A stretch of 64,000 nucleotides of DNA from Squalus acanthias (lineage: Eukaryota), in the NCBI GenBank assembly GCA_030390025.1, contig JASTWF010000244.1, forward strand, positions 1-64,000. The letters run 5' to 3'. Both the position numbers and the translations under genes were made by a program. Under the pieces are notes generated by a model, which worked only from the letters and a program-made list of their open reading frames with translations, was not told the DNA's origin and made no database searches. Of this stretch, positions 25,001 through 36,813 are shown piece after piece (position 1 is the first letter of the stretch; the number at the start of each line of letters is the position of its first letter).

Positions 25001-26527
25001 CCTCACACGAGCATTCTGCTCCGCCATGGCACCCTCTACGCTCGTAGACATCCATGATGGGTTGTGTCATCTGGGCGTTACTCGCATGCTACACTTCGTG
25101 CGGTCCCGAAATCTTCCATTCTCTACCGGGGATGTAAAGAAGATGTGCTCGGACTGCAGAGTCTGTGCGGAATTGAAACCTCAGTTTTTCCGCCCCTCGG
25201 GTGGTATACTCATACATGCGACCCAGCCAATGCAACGGCTTAGCATCGATTTTAAGGGGCCGTTGCCCTCTTCAACTCGCAACACTTATCTATTGACCAT
25301 GGTCGATGAGTATTCCCGTTTTCCGTTTGCCTTTCCCTGCCCCAATATGCTGACGACCACGGTTATCAGCTGCCTTGAGCAGGTATTTGCTTTCTGTGGC
25401 ATGGCATCCTATGTTCATTCGGATCGGGGCCCTTCTTTTATGTCGGGGGAAATCAAGGCCTATCTCTCGGAACGGGGTATTGCTGCCAGCAAAACGACGC
25501 CTTATCATCCGGTCGGGAATGGGCAAGTCGAGCGTTTTAACGCTATCATCTGGAATGCGGTACGTCTGGCTTTGAGATCTCGGGGCCTACCCAACCAGCA
25601 ATGGGAAGCAGTACTTCCAGACGCATTACACTCCACACGGTCCCTCCTTTCGACCGCCACAAATACGACGCCTCATGAACGGTTCTTCCGATTTCAGCGT
25701 CGCTCATCCTATGGGATATCTCTCCCGTCGTGGCTGACTGCACCGGGACCAGTGCTACTCCGAAGATATGTCCAGGCGTCTAAGAATGACCCCCTGGTAG
25801 ATGAGGTTGAGCTCACTGACGTCAACCCTACCTACGCCTATATTCGGTATCCTGACGGTCGGGAATCTACCGTGTCATTGCGGGATCTGGCTCCCTGCCC
25901 GCTGAAACATAGAGGGACACCAGGGGATGATATTGTACCAGGCACATCTCTGGGCTCGCCAGGTGCCTCTCATCACGATCTACATCTGACGCCGGCTGGT
26001 ACCTCACTCCAGCGTGCCGACCTGGGGCAGACTGACTATGAGCCCGTCGGGGCTCGCACGCGCAGCCACGATCCACCCCGTACCGTACGCTCGGAAACGG
26101 ATCTGCCACAGCCCTGCCCGACACCCGTTCGGGCACCAGTACACAGTCAGGATCGTCCTGACCCCTCACAGAGAGGGCTGGATCACTCGGACTCTGGTCC
26201 ACGGCCCGCGGCGGGTAAACGGGCTAGGGGCCCTCTACCGCTACGAGAACCCAAACGGGTGCGGCTCTCCCTCATCCAGCGGCTACGAAATGGAGGGAGC
26301 ATCCCGGCCTCCTAATCTTTTGGGGGGGGAGAATGTGGTACCACAATACAGCTTCCTGTGACTTGAACTTTATTGCATCACTTCCTGTGATTAGTCCAGG
26401 ATAAATACTGGACTGATCAGTTGGATCCTGGAGAGGCATAGAGTAAGACCTCTTTTGTATGTAGCACCTTTTTAGTTGATTAAAGCTTACTTTAAGTTCA
26501 CCACGCGTAAGGCTCATTCTTACGACA
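22087..26527 (+). mobile_element. Full-length Gypsy LTR retrotransposon (copy 2)
   Basis: 194-bp LTRs at 22087-22280 and 26334-26527 (2 mismatches seen), TACTC TSD, PPT GGGGGGGAGAA. Inserted in the endonuclease region of a CR1. Confidence 0.97.
22359..26315 (+). CDS. Gag-Pol polyprotein, 1318 aa (Gag/zinc knuckle, protease, RT, RNase H, integrase)
   Basis: CFFCGDEFHPRKFC knuckle, LIDSGS protease, RT LPFG..YLDN, RH ECDAS..EKEA..TDQ, IN HHCC plus SIDFKGP..HSDRG..GQVER. Ty3/Gypsy domain order. Confidence 0.95.
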   Translation: MENILKPSRLDLDPNTPAAGKVWKHWYRTFDNFLEYCKADDDSKLRILINCVTSNVFQYVEEWGSYEEAIRTLKRLYTKTPNEVYARHLLATAQQGPEESIDKFLQELRRLSMDCNFQAASAELYREEMIHDAFICGLASPFIRQRLLESKILELQRAYDMACSLDLAKRNADLYTVPRPRSAALTTVRQFKRPQVNSIREDFIPDDQSDDFTDEEDDDPTVAASWQSKKCFFCGDEFHPRKFCPARNAFCSHCNKKGNFAKVCLSRASTRAYQAKSYRTAPVRAYQDVPAKIYRASSRVFSRRNTPRVSATLCATTPITAACPQNLFHAATKASINGHTLDALIDSGSTDSFIREQIVAELKLHVFPSDQAIAMAQSTLNTRISGFCMVEITLNGHRYPSTRLSVLKDLCSDLILGLDFQKQHKKLTIEFGGSKPELTISNILPRLPFCALSAASLDEPSLFTSIPPRCKPIITKSRRFSQEDQSFIAAEISRLLAEDIIEPCSSPWRAQVVIVKNPLQPHKKRLCIDYSQTINQYTDLDAYPLPRIDDMVNKLAEYTVFSTYDLKSAYHQVPLKVSDKQYTAFEANGRLYQFRRLPFGVTNGVAVFQRAMDDLVKQEDLKDTFPYLDNITVAGRNQREHDANLQRFWDALQHRNLTLNAAKSIESQPTINILGYCVGNGIIKPDPERLRPLQELPPPKNPASLRRALGLFAYYAQWIPNFSDRIQPLLKASTFPLDTAAVAAFNLLKKQLEKAALHSIDESLPFVVECDASEVAISATLNQEGRPVAFLSRTFQGAELHYPPVEKEATAIIEAVRKWSHLLARQHFTLITDQRSVAFMLDNRKRTKIKNNKIQLWRLELASFGYTIHYRPGKENVAPDTLTRAFCSAMAPSTLVDIHDGLCHLGVTRMLHFVRSRNLPFSTGDVKKMCSDCRVCAELKPQFFRPSGGILIHATQPMQRLSIDFKGPLPSSTRNTYLLTMVDEYSRFPFAFPCPNMLTTTVISCLEQVFAFCGMASYVHSDRGPSFMSGEIKAYLSERGIAASKTTPYHPVGNGQVERFNAIIWNAVRLALRSRGLPNQQWEAVLPDALHSTRSLLSTATNTTPHERFFRFQRRSSYGISLPSWLTAPGPVLLRRYVQASKNDPLVDEVELTDVNPTYAYIRYPDGRESTVSLRDLAPCPLKHRGTPGDDIVPGTSLGSPGASHHDLHLTPAGTSLQRADLGQTDYEPVGARTRSHDPPRTVRSETDLPQPCPTPVRAPVHSQDRPDPSQRGLDHSDSGPRPAAGKRARGPLPLREPKRVRLSLIQRLRNGGSIPAS

Positions 26528-27172
26528 TACTCCGTCCAACAGAGTTGCAACTGTTCGGAGGCCTATAGACTACGCCCACTAGTGTTTTTTTCCCCTTATT
26601 ATTCCTTATCTCCACCCAAACTGTTTCATTATCCTGATCTTTTGACCCAATATCATTTCTCTGTATTACAGTGATTCCTTCCTTTATTAACATAGCCACC
26701 CCACCTCCCCTTCCTTCCTGCCTGTCCTTCCTGATCGTTAAATAACCTGGTATGTTTAATTCCCAGGCATTGTCACCCTGCAGCCATGTTTCTGTAATGG
26801 CCACAAGATCATACCCATATGTAGTTATTTGTGCCATTAACTCGTCTATTTTGTTACGAATGCTACGTGCATTCAGATAGAGAACTTTCAAATATGTTTT
26901 GTGACACTTAGTGCCTGCTTTTGCCTTTTTTATTACTTTACCTTTTACTCCATACCTTCTGCCCCTTCCTGACACACTCTGGTTTTTAATTTCCCCACTG
27001 CTACCTAAGTCTATGACCTTCTCTGTTGTCATTTTTATTATTTGCTCTCTAGGAACCTCCCCCAACTAGTTAGTTTAAAGCCCTCTCTACAGCCCTAGTT
27101 ATATGATCCGCCAGGACTTTAGTCCCAGCACTGGCCAAGTGAAGCCCGTCCCAACGGAACAGCTCCCTCCTG

Positions 27173-29835
27173 CCCCTCTTTGCCTCCTCCCCCTCGTCTC
27201 CCCCTTTCTCCTCGTCTCCCCCCCTTTCTCCTCATCTCCCCCCCTTTCTTCTCGTCCCCCCCTTTCTCCTCATCTCCACTCTTGTGCCCCACCCCAAGTA
27301 TTTTGTTCCTCAATGGCTTCCTGTGCATTCCCAGCCCCCTCCATTCCACTGCTGGTAGCAGAGTGTTCTCTCTGCTTTCAAACACCTTCTCTAAACATAT
27401 CTATTCCACCATGCTTTTAGTCACCTCTTCTATTCCCTCCCCATCATTTGTGAAGCACCTTGAAACATTTTTGTACATTAAACATGCTATAAAAATGCTT
27501 GTTGATGTTGGAGGAATTTGGAATGCTTCAATCTGAATTTGAGGTATTGGAGTAGTTACTTAATTCACTCCAGATAGAATTATCCACATCCTTGAAGAAA
27601 CCGAGTAGATTATTATATGAGAGAAATACTTGAAGGAAAGAAAGTGGTGTGCTGATCATACGTTTGCACAACAAAAATTTGACCTGGCTTTAGATGTTTA
27701 TGGTAATGTGCCTTCAGCCTGTCTGACCAATTGTTACATTTATCTTCAACACAGCTCAACCAGTGGTCCATTTGTCCACACAACACATTACCATTTTGAC
27801 TGGTTCAGAGGGGTCTGTGAGATGTGACGTTACAGGATTTTATCCTTCGGAGCATGAGCTCATCTGGGAGAAGATATCAAAGGACAAAACTGTGACAATA
27901 ATCACAGATATCAGCACTGGTGCCCCAATTTCCAACAGTGATGGAACCTTTAATGTTTCCAGTAGAATGAGAATTGAACCAACATTGGATGATGATGATA
28001 ATAAGTACAGGTGTGTCATGAAGCACCGATCACTTCCTGGTAGTCGTTCACTGGAAACTGTGCTCACAGTGAAAGGTATGTCCTCTTCCTTGCGTAAGAT
28101 GGGAATATTTTTCAGTGCGCTTTTGTTAAATTGTTCAAAATGACTTGTGCCCATTGTTTAACATTGAATTTCTACTGAGGTTTTCATCTAATTTAAATCA
28201 TGAATTCATCCTTTAATTCTCCACAATGAAAAGACATTTAGAACATAGATAGATTAATTGAATGGGCAAAACTGTGGCAAATGGATTTCAATGTAGGCAA
28301 ATGTGAGGTCATCCACTTTAGACCTAAAAAGCATAGAACAGGGTACTTTCTAAATGGTGGTACCCTCAAAAAACTCAATTTTGTCAAACACAATTTCCCT
28401 TTTATAAAACTGTGTCTAATTGTATTGTGATTTTCCGAGTGATCTGTTACCACATTGTTAATGAGAGATTCTAGCTTTTTCCCTATTACTGATGTCAGGC
28501 TAACTGGCCTATAGTTCCCTGTTTTCTCTCCCTCCTTTCTTGAACAGCAGTGTTACATTTGCTACCTTCCAATCCACGGGGACCATTCCAGAATCTAGGG
28601 AATTCTGGAAGATCAAAACCAATGCATCCACTAACTTTGCAGCCACCTCTTTTAAAAAGGGCGTAGGCCATTAAGTCCACGAGATTTGTCAGCTTTTAGT
28701 CCCATTAATTTTTTCCAGTACTTTTTCTTTTCCAATATTAATTTGAGTTCCTCACTCTCATTTGACCCTTGGTTCCCCACAATTTCTGTTATGTTCTTTG
28801 TGTCCTTTACTGTAAAGATAGACACAAAATATTTGTTTAACGTCTCTGTCATTTCCTTATTCCCCATGAAATTTTTTTTGTCTCTGCCTCTAAGGGGCCC
28901 ATGTTTATTTTCACTAATCTCTTACTTTTTGGCTCTTACAATCTGTTCTTATATTTCTTGCTAGTTTACTCTCATTCTATTTTCTCCCTCTTGATCAATT
29001 TCTTAGTCATTTTTAAAACTCTCTCAATCCTCAGGCTTACTACTCTATTTGATAACATTATAAGCTTCTTCTTTTCCTACATTACAACAGTGACTCCACT
29101 TCAAAAGTACTTCATTGGCTGTAAAGCGCTTTGAGACGTTCGGTGGTCGTGAAAGGCACTATATAAATGCAAGTCTTTCTTCTTTCTAATCTAATACTAG
29201 CATTTCCTTCTACAAACCAGAGAGTGGCTACTGGGCGACCAGGGCTATCGGCTGACCACCTGGCTCATGACTCCGGTGCGCAACCCAAGCGCACGTGGGC
29301 AGCATGCATATATCGAAAGCCATGCTGCCACACGAAATGTGATCAAGCAGACCATTGGGGTACTTAAACAACGCTTCCGCTGCCTGGACCGCTCTGGAGG
29401 AGTCCTGCAGTACTCGCCAGAGCGTGTCTCAAGATTAGTCGTGCTTTGCTGCATGCTGCTTAACCTCGCCACCATGAGGGCACAGGTTTTGCCACCAGGT
29501 ATACGGCGAAGAGCTGAGGAAGGGAGGAGGCAACCAAGACAGCCCCTTTCTGGTTGGTCTGCCCGTGATCAACTGATCCGACTGCAGTGCCAGTGAACGT
29601 AACCCCAATTCCCCATTCACCCGCAGTCCCACACCTTACCTTCCCTCTGTTATGGGCCATCACAGCATCGTCTTGGCCACAATGCTAAAAAAATAAAACC
29701 CACCACATAACAAACATTCCAAACCAACTTTATACATCAATCCATCCAATATTACATAACAAAGTCAACTAATCACCCTTGTGCATTCCCTTAGTGCCTG
29801 TCTTGTGTGTGCCTTTGCTTATCCTAGTGCTGCTA
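27173..29835 (+). repeat. Direct segmental duplication, copy 2
   Basis: Matches 16027-19080. Confidence 0.92.
27755..28075 (+). CDS. Exon: C1-set Ig domain, copy 2 (duplicate)
   Basis: Same splice sites as 17350-17670; only 2 substitutions seen (Q>E, V>L); frame open. Confidence 0.85.
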
Positions 29836-31290
29836 TGCAGTGCTACCCCAGTGGCTGCAGCATGGCTAGTGGAAGGCTGCTGACTTTCAGTGGGGGAAGA
29901 CTGCAGATGGCCTTGCAGGACGACCTCGAGCAGCTCTCAGCCTAGAAGGCCCGGCTTTGGACTGCACTACCTCGGCATGGGTGGCAGCAGTCTGGGCTGG
30001 CTGGCTGACCGACAACAGCAAGGGCATTGATGGAGTGGCAGTGGTGGAAGGATGAATACTGTCATCCTGAGAGAGAACGGCAGGTTCATGCTCCATGGAG
30101 CCAATGACACTCTACTGGGGCGGCACCTCAGCAATCCTAGTCATCTGATGGATGACAGATTGCTGGACTACTGTGACACCCTGCAAGTCCCTTTCAACAC
30201 TAGTAACTGCAGCCATGATGGCAGCAGTCTGCTTGCATGGCAACAAGCTGAGCTTGCATGACATCAGTTTGAGCTTCCACTGCAGCACTCAGACGTAGGG
30301 TGGCTTCTGCTTGTGCTGCAATGAAAGCTGAGACATCGGCCATCAGACGCTACATCATGGTTGGGTCCACAAGTGCGCTAATGGATCTGTCCACCCCTTC
30401 CACACTGGATTGGATGGGCTCCAAGCTCTGCGCAAAGCCATGTCCAATATTGGTACTGGACTCCTCCATGTTCCTTGACATTGCATTCAGGCTTTCTGGC
30501 AGGCCTACCAATGCACCAAGCATTTCATTATGCATACCCATCAGTCTTCTTCTGTAGGCCGCCCCATCGAGGTCCTCATCTGAGTCTTGTGCAGCAGAAC
30601 TCGTGTGCGACCTCACCCTCCGGGGAACTGGCACCTGAAGTACCATTCCCCATGCCCTGGCTGCAGCCGACTTGTGCCCGGTGACTCACCATGTCCGGAT
30701 CCCGTCTCTGTGCTACCTTCTAAAGTACGCGCATTGCCAGTATCTGAGCTGGTGTCTGCGGGTGTTAGATCGAGTGACAGTGTTTCTTATTCATCAGTGT
30801 TTTCTTCCTCTTCCACCACTGTCTGCCCAGGTTGGAGTACTTGGGTGTCTGAAAGGAGAAAGGCACAAGGGTAGGGTTGTGGTGATGGGGGCGAGAAGCA
30901 AGATCTGCACGCTTACACCGTGTGCAGCTTATAAATCAGAAGAGAGTGTGGGATGAAGGGGAAGTGGAATGTGAGAAGGAGGATTAGGTATGAGCGTACC
31001 ATCACCTTCAATGGTTTCAGTCCCGCCGCTGGCCATGGGCTCAGTCACGGCCGCTCCAATAATGCCAAGCACCGCCTCCTCCATCGAGGTTAGGATATGC
31101 AGGTGCACCTGTCCCTCTCCGGTTAGCTGCTGCTGCCTGCGGTTGTGCGACACCTTCTCCTGTAAGAGAGCGGGAAGTGTGTCAGTGAGTGTGGTGCAAT
31201 GTGTTTGGTTGGTGTGGCTGTCATGGATGATTCGCTGGCAGTGTGTGCAAGCTGTGAGATATGGGTGTGAGGCTTGCAGCAGTGGTAAGT
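29212..31290. mobile_element. PIF/Harbinger transposon remnant (transposase 3' end on +, convergent Myb/SANT-like gene on -)
   Basis: SHAATRNVIKQTIGVLKQRFRCLD..YSPERV..CCMLLN resembles the HARBI1-type DDE C-terminus. The minus strand has SHNRRQQQLTG-like, intron-split ORF fragments. Confidence 0.75.
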
Positions 31291-32466
31291 GCTTTAAAAG
31301 TTCAGTTACAATTTAACGTGTGATTGCTCTGTGTTGCCCAGCTTTCAATAATTCAACATGCAGGCACAATTAATATCTGTGCAGCACTCTGCTTAAAGTG
31401 TTGGAATTTGAATTGACAGCTGGGGCATCATGGGATTGTCACCTGTAGATTTTGTGATTATTCTCTTATTGTAACTGGAGATCTGTCCAAATCGATCACT
31501 AGAACTCGATTCCACACTATTTAAGCAATTAAAAAGACAATTCTTATTAAAAGGGAGTTCAATTTGCCACGGGAAAACTACTGAGAGTTACCCCAATGAC
31601 ATTCACTGTTTTATTGTTGAAAGTTGAAATCAGAGCTGATAACATGGCGGAGATACTGCTCAGAAATTATAAACCTTTAAGAAAAGGAAGCTATGAAGTG
31701 ATTTAATAAAAGCTACAGTGAAATCAGTTACATTGTTGACTGGGCCTCTCTTCAGATGAGACTAGCTTCTTAGTTTATGCAGGGGAACTAAAGTAAAAAT
31801 AACTTGCATGAACTTTGTACTCCTATCACGCACTTAACCCCATGGAACTAATAACTAATCCCTTCACAGACCGACTCAACTCGATCTAAGCAAACTTCTG
31901 TGGGCAAACACCCTTGCCTGAATCCTCCCCTCCTCTGATTTTGAACTGCCCTGCTTCCTCTGCTCCACCATGGGAGTGTTTATTCAGTCAAAATAACTTG
32001 AATTTTCTTCCCACAATCAGTCTGCCTTGCTAGTTCCTTCCATGTCTTTGAAGGCCTAATTTAAGAAAATCTTTCCGACCATGCCCTCTCCCTTACCCTT
32101 TCCCCAATTTTTGCTTTTCATGCCTACTGCCGATCTTGGCCCCTTGTGAATGATCGTTTACATGAGAAGATCCATATAAATGCATTATCAAAATCGCTGT
32201 CAGGTAGAACTGAACTGATCAGGATTTATTTTAGGTGAACTGCTGCAGATTATAAAACATGTAACATTAATTATAAGCATATTTGCTGAGAAATTACACT
32301 ATTTTCAGCGGAATTTCAGTGTATAATCAGGGTAGCCCTTCCCCTGATTTGCTCGCCGAGTGAGGTAATTTATATATATATTAAAATGAGGGTCAGTAAA
32401 GCTGCATCTCCGAGTTTCCTGCTTTTACACTCCGTGCATTTGGGATAAGTTAGAATGAGAATTATA

Positions 32467-33169
32467 GGGCCAGAAATTCGGGTCGGAGGCTTCCCGCGGG
32501 TGCAAGCCCCCAACCTGCACTTACCTAGCGCGCCTGCCGTTGTGCTGTGGGCCCGCGTGGGATTCCGATCCTGGGCCTCCTCCAGCTGCCGGTGTGCAGT
32601 GCTTGCATATCCCAGGGGCGCAGTTAGTTCAAAGCGTCTCCTGGGATCACGTGGGACATGGAGAGCAGGGAATCTCCATTCATAGATTTGACAGGAAGAC
32701 CTGTCAAATCTATGAACAGAGATCGGCCCCAAAACCTAACTAAAACTTCAAATACATTTTTAAAAAATCACATCTTTAAAATAACTATAAATTACATAAA
32801 TTAACTATTTTAAACAAAAATTTAAATTTTTGAAGAAATTAATTACAGTTTTTAACAGGGCTAAAAATAAACTTACCATTCTTTAAAGTATTTAAAAAAG
32901 ATAAACCTGTGGAAAAAATGTTTAAATATTACTGAATTCACCACTTACCCTGTTAAAAGCAGGCCTTGTGCCTGCTTTTTCCCTGCGCAGCTGCTGGGGA
33001 CTTACCCTCACAGAGAAACCTGAAAAAAAAGCGGAAGTTCCTCCAAACCCCTTCCTTCAAGGGAACGGAAGTTCCGGTTTCCAGTGCATGCGCGAAACCG
33101 GCACTTTCGTTGGGTTTACGGGTGAGTACACAGCGCGTACTCACCCGTGGAGACCCAAATTTCTGGCCC
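32467..33169. mobile_element. Non-autonomous Harbinger-like MITE
   Basis: TIR GGGCCAGAAATTCGGGTC / GACCCAAATTTCTGGCCC, ATA 3-bp TSD. Confidence 0.8.
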
Positions 33170-34854
33170 ATAAGGAATAGTTGTTTCCAGGATAAGCTGA
33201 GACAGGCAGAAGTGAGGAGTTTGTGAGTGTGAAGGTGTGGACAGTTTCAGTCGTGATTTTTGCAGCTATTTGTCTTTTTTTTGCCATTCTGCCGACGCAG
33301 ACCTGAACTTGCTTCTCGCTGCTTCTGACCGTGTGAGACCACCGGGACATTTAAAACCCCACCCCTCACCCAGAGCTAGGGCTTTTCAGGAGATGATATG
33401 GCTTTCCCTATGGGATGTGCTTGTATGCCATTATCACGGAGTAGGATGAAACAAAGGAGAGTAAGGCAGCATTTGAGGAGGGTGGATCCCACCAGATATT
33501 ACTCCCAGTAATCATCACCTGATTCCATCAGTCACACGAAATAAGTGCACTCCTTCCTATCTAACTATAACCTCTATGAAGAACAAAGCACGACGTAAGT
33601 GCACATTATATTTTAATGCAACAATTCCAAAGTGAACACAAACCAGTCTGCTCTTTCCTAACATTATGCTTCTTGGGTGTCTAAATATGCCTATTTTTCT
33701 CTTATTCTAGTGCTTCTCCCAGGTGTAACATGAGGGTCAGTATCACAAGAGATAGTTAGCTGCTCATGTTCTACAAAAAGTGGTCCTCCAATCATTGTCA
33801 GGTTGCTCCTGACAGGGGTCTGATGCTGGATACATCTACGGAGCTTGTTCCTGGGTAGCCTGGTGTCACCTTCTGTGTTCTGTTGGCTTGGTATGTGCAG
33901 CTGTTCTGAGAGACAGCAAGATCATGCAGGTCAACTCCAGCCATTACCATTCCACTAAGCCCTGGATCTGTCCCCAACCCCCCACCTCCTCTCCCCCCGC
34001 CCCATGCTCAGGAAGTTGGTTTGCCGGGTGCTATCTATTCTCTTCACCATTGCTACCAGAGCTGTAGTCTGTGCTTCTGTGGATGTGGAGACACTGACTG
34101 GTCCCTGGCCATTTCTTAGATGGGGGTCTGTTGCAGATTGTAGTGACACTGCAACAAAGAAAAATACTTCCCTGATGTTGCCACAAGTGAGAGCTGTCGG
34201 CTAAAGTAACACTGTCAGTTGCTGCACATCCTTGGAGACTGACCTTGGAGCCTACACATAGGTACAATGTTCCTTGAACAACTTTATTTTCAGTTTAGCA
34301 TCCAGGTGTTCTGGATCCCATGACTCCGAATTCATGGGCAGCCTTCTCGATCCTCTGCTGGGGAGTTGGCAATTCCTCATCCATATTCCCATTCATCCAG
34401 CTTCCTCGTGCTCTGTGAATCACCTGGTCACTTCCTCATTAACACTATCTAATTCCTGTCTCCCAACCCACTCCCGTTAGATGTATCTGAGCTGGTGTAT
34501 GGATGTGATAAAGCAAGTGACACAGGAAAGTGAGGCAGGAGGTCTCTGCAGGGATTCATCGATGGACTTTTATCCAAATTCATCATCCTCGTCATTTTCA
34601 TCCTCATCATCAGAGTTCACAGGAAGTAGTTGAGTCTTTGTTCGTCATCACGATCCTCTTCCTTCTCTTCCTTGTCCTTGTCCTGTGCCCGCCATTGCTG
34701 TGATGAATCTGCAGGAATATAGGGAGCAAGCTAAGTGTGGGTGATCGTGTCCTTTGGGATTAAGGAGATAGAGTAGGACTGGAAGCTTGTGGCTGTATGG
34801 TGCTTCATATAGATGCCATGGTGACTGTGTCCGTATTCAGTCACTATTCATATT

Positions 34855-35553
34855 TGACCCTGAAATGAGCTTCTGACCGACCACATATCCGCGCCATAAC
34901 TAAGACCGCCTATTTCCACCTCCGTAACATCGCACGACTCCGCCCCTGCCTCAGCTCATCTGCTGCTGAAACCCTCATCCATGCCTTTGTTACCTCTAGA
35001 CTTAACTATTCAAATGCACTCCTGGCTGGCCTCCCACGTTCTCCCCTACGTAAGCTTGAGGTCATCCAAAACTCTGCTGCTCGTGTCCTAACATGCACCA
35101 AGTCCCGTTCACCCTTCACCCCTGTGCTAGCTGACCTACATTGGCTCCCAGATAAACAACGCCTCAATTTTCAAATTCTCATCGTTGATTTCAAATCCCT
35201 CCATGGCCTTGCCCTTCCCTATCTCTGTAATCTCCTTCAGCCCCACAATCCCCCCGAGATATCTACGTTACTCTAATTCTGCCCTCTTGAGCATCCTCGA
35301 TTTTAATCGCTCCACCATCAGTGGCCGTGCCTTCAGCTGCCAAGGCCCTAAGCTCTGGAATTCCCTGCCTAAATCTCTCCGCCTCTCTACCTCTCTTTCC
35401 TCCTTTGAGATGCTCCTTAAAACCTACCTCTCGGCTGCCCTAATTTCTCCTTATGTGGCTCAGTGTCAAAGTTTGTCTTATAACGCTCCTGTGAAGCGCC
35501 TTGGGATGTTTTACTACCTTAAAGGCGCTATATAAATACAAGTTGTTGTTGTT
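34855..35553 (+). mobile_element. L2-type LINE 3' fragment
   Basis: Same family as 2590-3325 in the opposite orientation, with a (TTG)n tail. Confidence 0.8.
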
Positions 35554-36702
35554 ATTCAAGTGCCAACCTTTTGCTGTCAATCTTGCTGGCTCCCACAGGA
35601 AGAGCACCAAGCCACTCCATGTGCTGCATGGCTACAATCTCGTAGGGTGTGAGGTTTTCCAGGTCGAAGCTCCCCTCTCCTGCTGCCTGTCTCTCACTGG
35701 CATTGTGTGACATTTTCTCCTGCAAGCAGATTGAATAAATTAGGCGAAGGCTTGCAGTTGAGTGTACGCCAAGTGGCTTGAGAGACCATGTTGAAGTGCA
35801 GGAAAGGTTTTAAGATTATGCATGTAATTAATGATCACGAGTTACTGCTCTTCTTAATCAGAGTGCATAGTGAAAGGTTATTTGTACAGCTGTTACTTTT
35901 AGAGGGTTAAAAGTGTACTGGTGTCCAGGGTGCCTAAGGAAGAAAGGGGAAGTGGCTGGTGTGTTACCCTGCTTGCTCAAGTCAGGTCATTCAACTTTTT
36001 GTGGCACTGGCCAGTGCTGCCTCCCTCCACATGCCATGAGTGCCTTCATTGATATGTTTCCTGCCATGGACACAAATCATTCTGTCTCTCCTGTGCTTTA
36101 TTTAATTGAGGAGGGTTTGCAGGTTGGACTCAGCGAAACTGTGGCACCTTCTCTGCCTTGGTCTCATACCCTCCTTCTGCCTTTGGCTGCCTCTGCTGGG
36201 TTCTCCTGTGTTAAACATTCTTGTAAAGTGTCCCAAAAACAGTCAGGTGACATACAGTCAACTCACTAAGTCGAGCACTGTTCGTTACTTGCCTGCTGCT
36301 GCAATCTTCAGCCAGAACTGGCTTTTTAAAGACTCTACTCTAATTTCCATGCAACACAGCATATTACTCCTGTTTTGCACCTCTCTAATGCACATGCAAA
36401 TGAGCTGACCCATGAAATTGTGGTGTAAATACCTCTCCAGGCCACCGGCAGCAGCAACTTATTTTTCATTGGTACAAAAGGAGTGCAATTCACCGCATGA
36501 AATTTCTAGACCATTACTTAGAGGGGACATTAACTGCACATAGTTTCAAATTCTTTAAATACTTTACTGTGTTTAAGTATCTTCATTTCTAATTTACAGA
36601 AATGGAGGAGCACCATAACAAACTCTGTGCAAGTGAAGCAGTTTATTTCTTGTTGCATGTTTTTTGTCTAAATGCTTAATGTATTTATGTTTCAAATTTC
36701 AG

Positions 36703-36813
36703 AGCCTGTGAAATCTTCTGCCGCAGGTGCGGTTGCTGGAAGTATAATTGGTACATTGCTGTTCTGTGCACTATTTTTTGCTGGATTTTATGCTTACAGA
36801 AAATTAAAAAAAG
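36703..36813 (+). CDS. Exon: transmembrane segment plus basic stop-transfer
   Basis: TTTCAG acceptor, AAG|GTAATG donor, 111 bp, phase 1-1. Encodes EPVKSSAAGAVAGSIIGTLLFCALFFAGFYAYRKLKK. Confidence 0.85.

Larger units (their letters stand above)
19079..27176 (-). mobile_element. CR1 LINE (family B), 5'-truncated in ORF1, hosting Gypsy copy 2 and a MITE
   Basis: 3' tail CCTATTTCTTATGTTCTTAT on the minus strand. Frameshifted ORF2 fragments: APE (YLNARSI, ITETWL, MGDFN, SDHN) and RT (GVPQGSVLGP, FADD). Confidence 0.93.

Noticed and set aside
29267-29596. Host HARBI1 gene
   Set aside because: Truncated and mutated, intronic, and paired with a convergent Myb-like remnant, so a transposon fossil.
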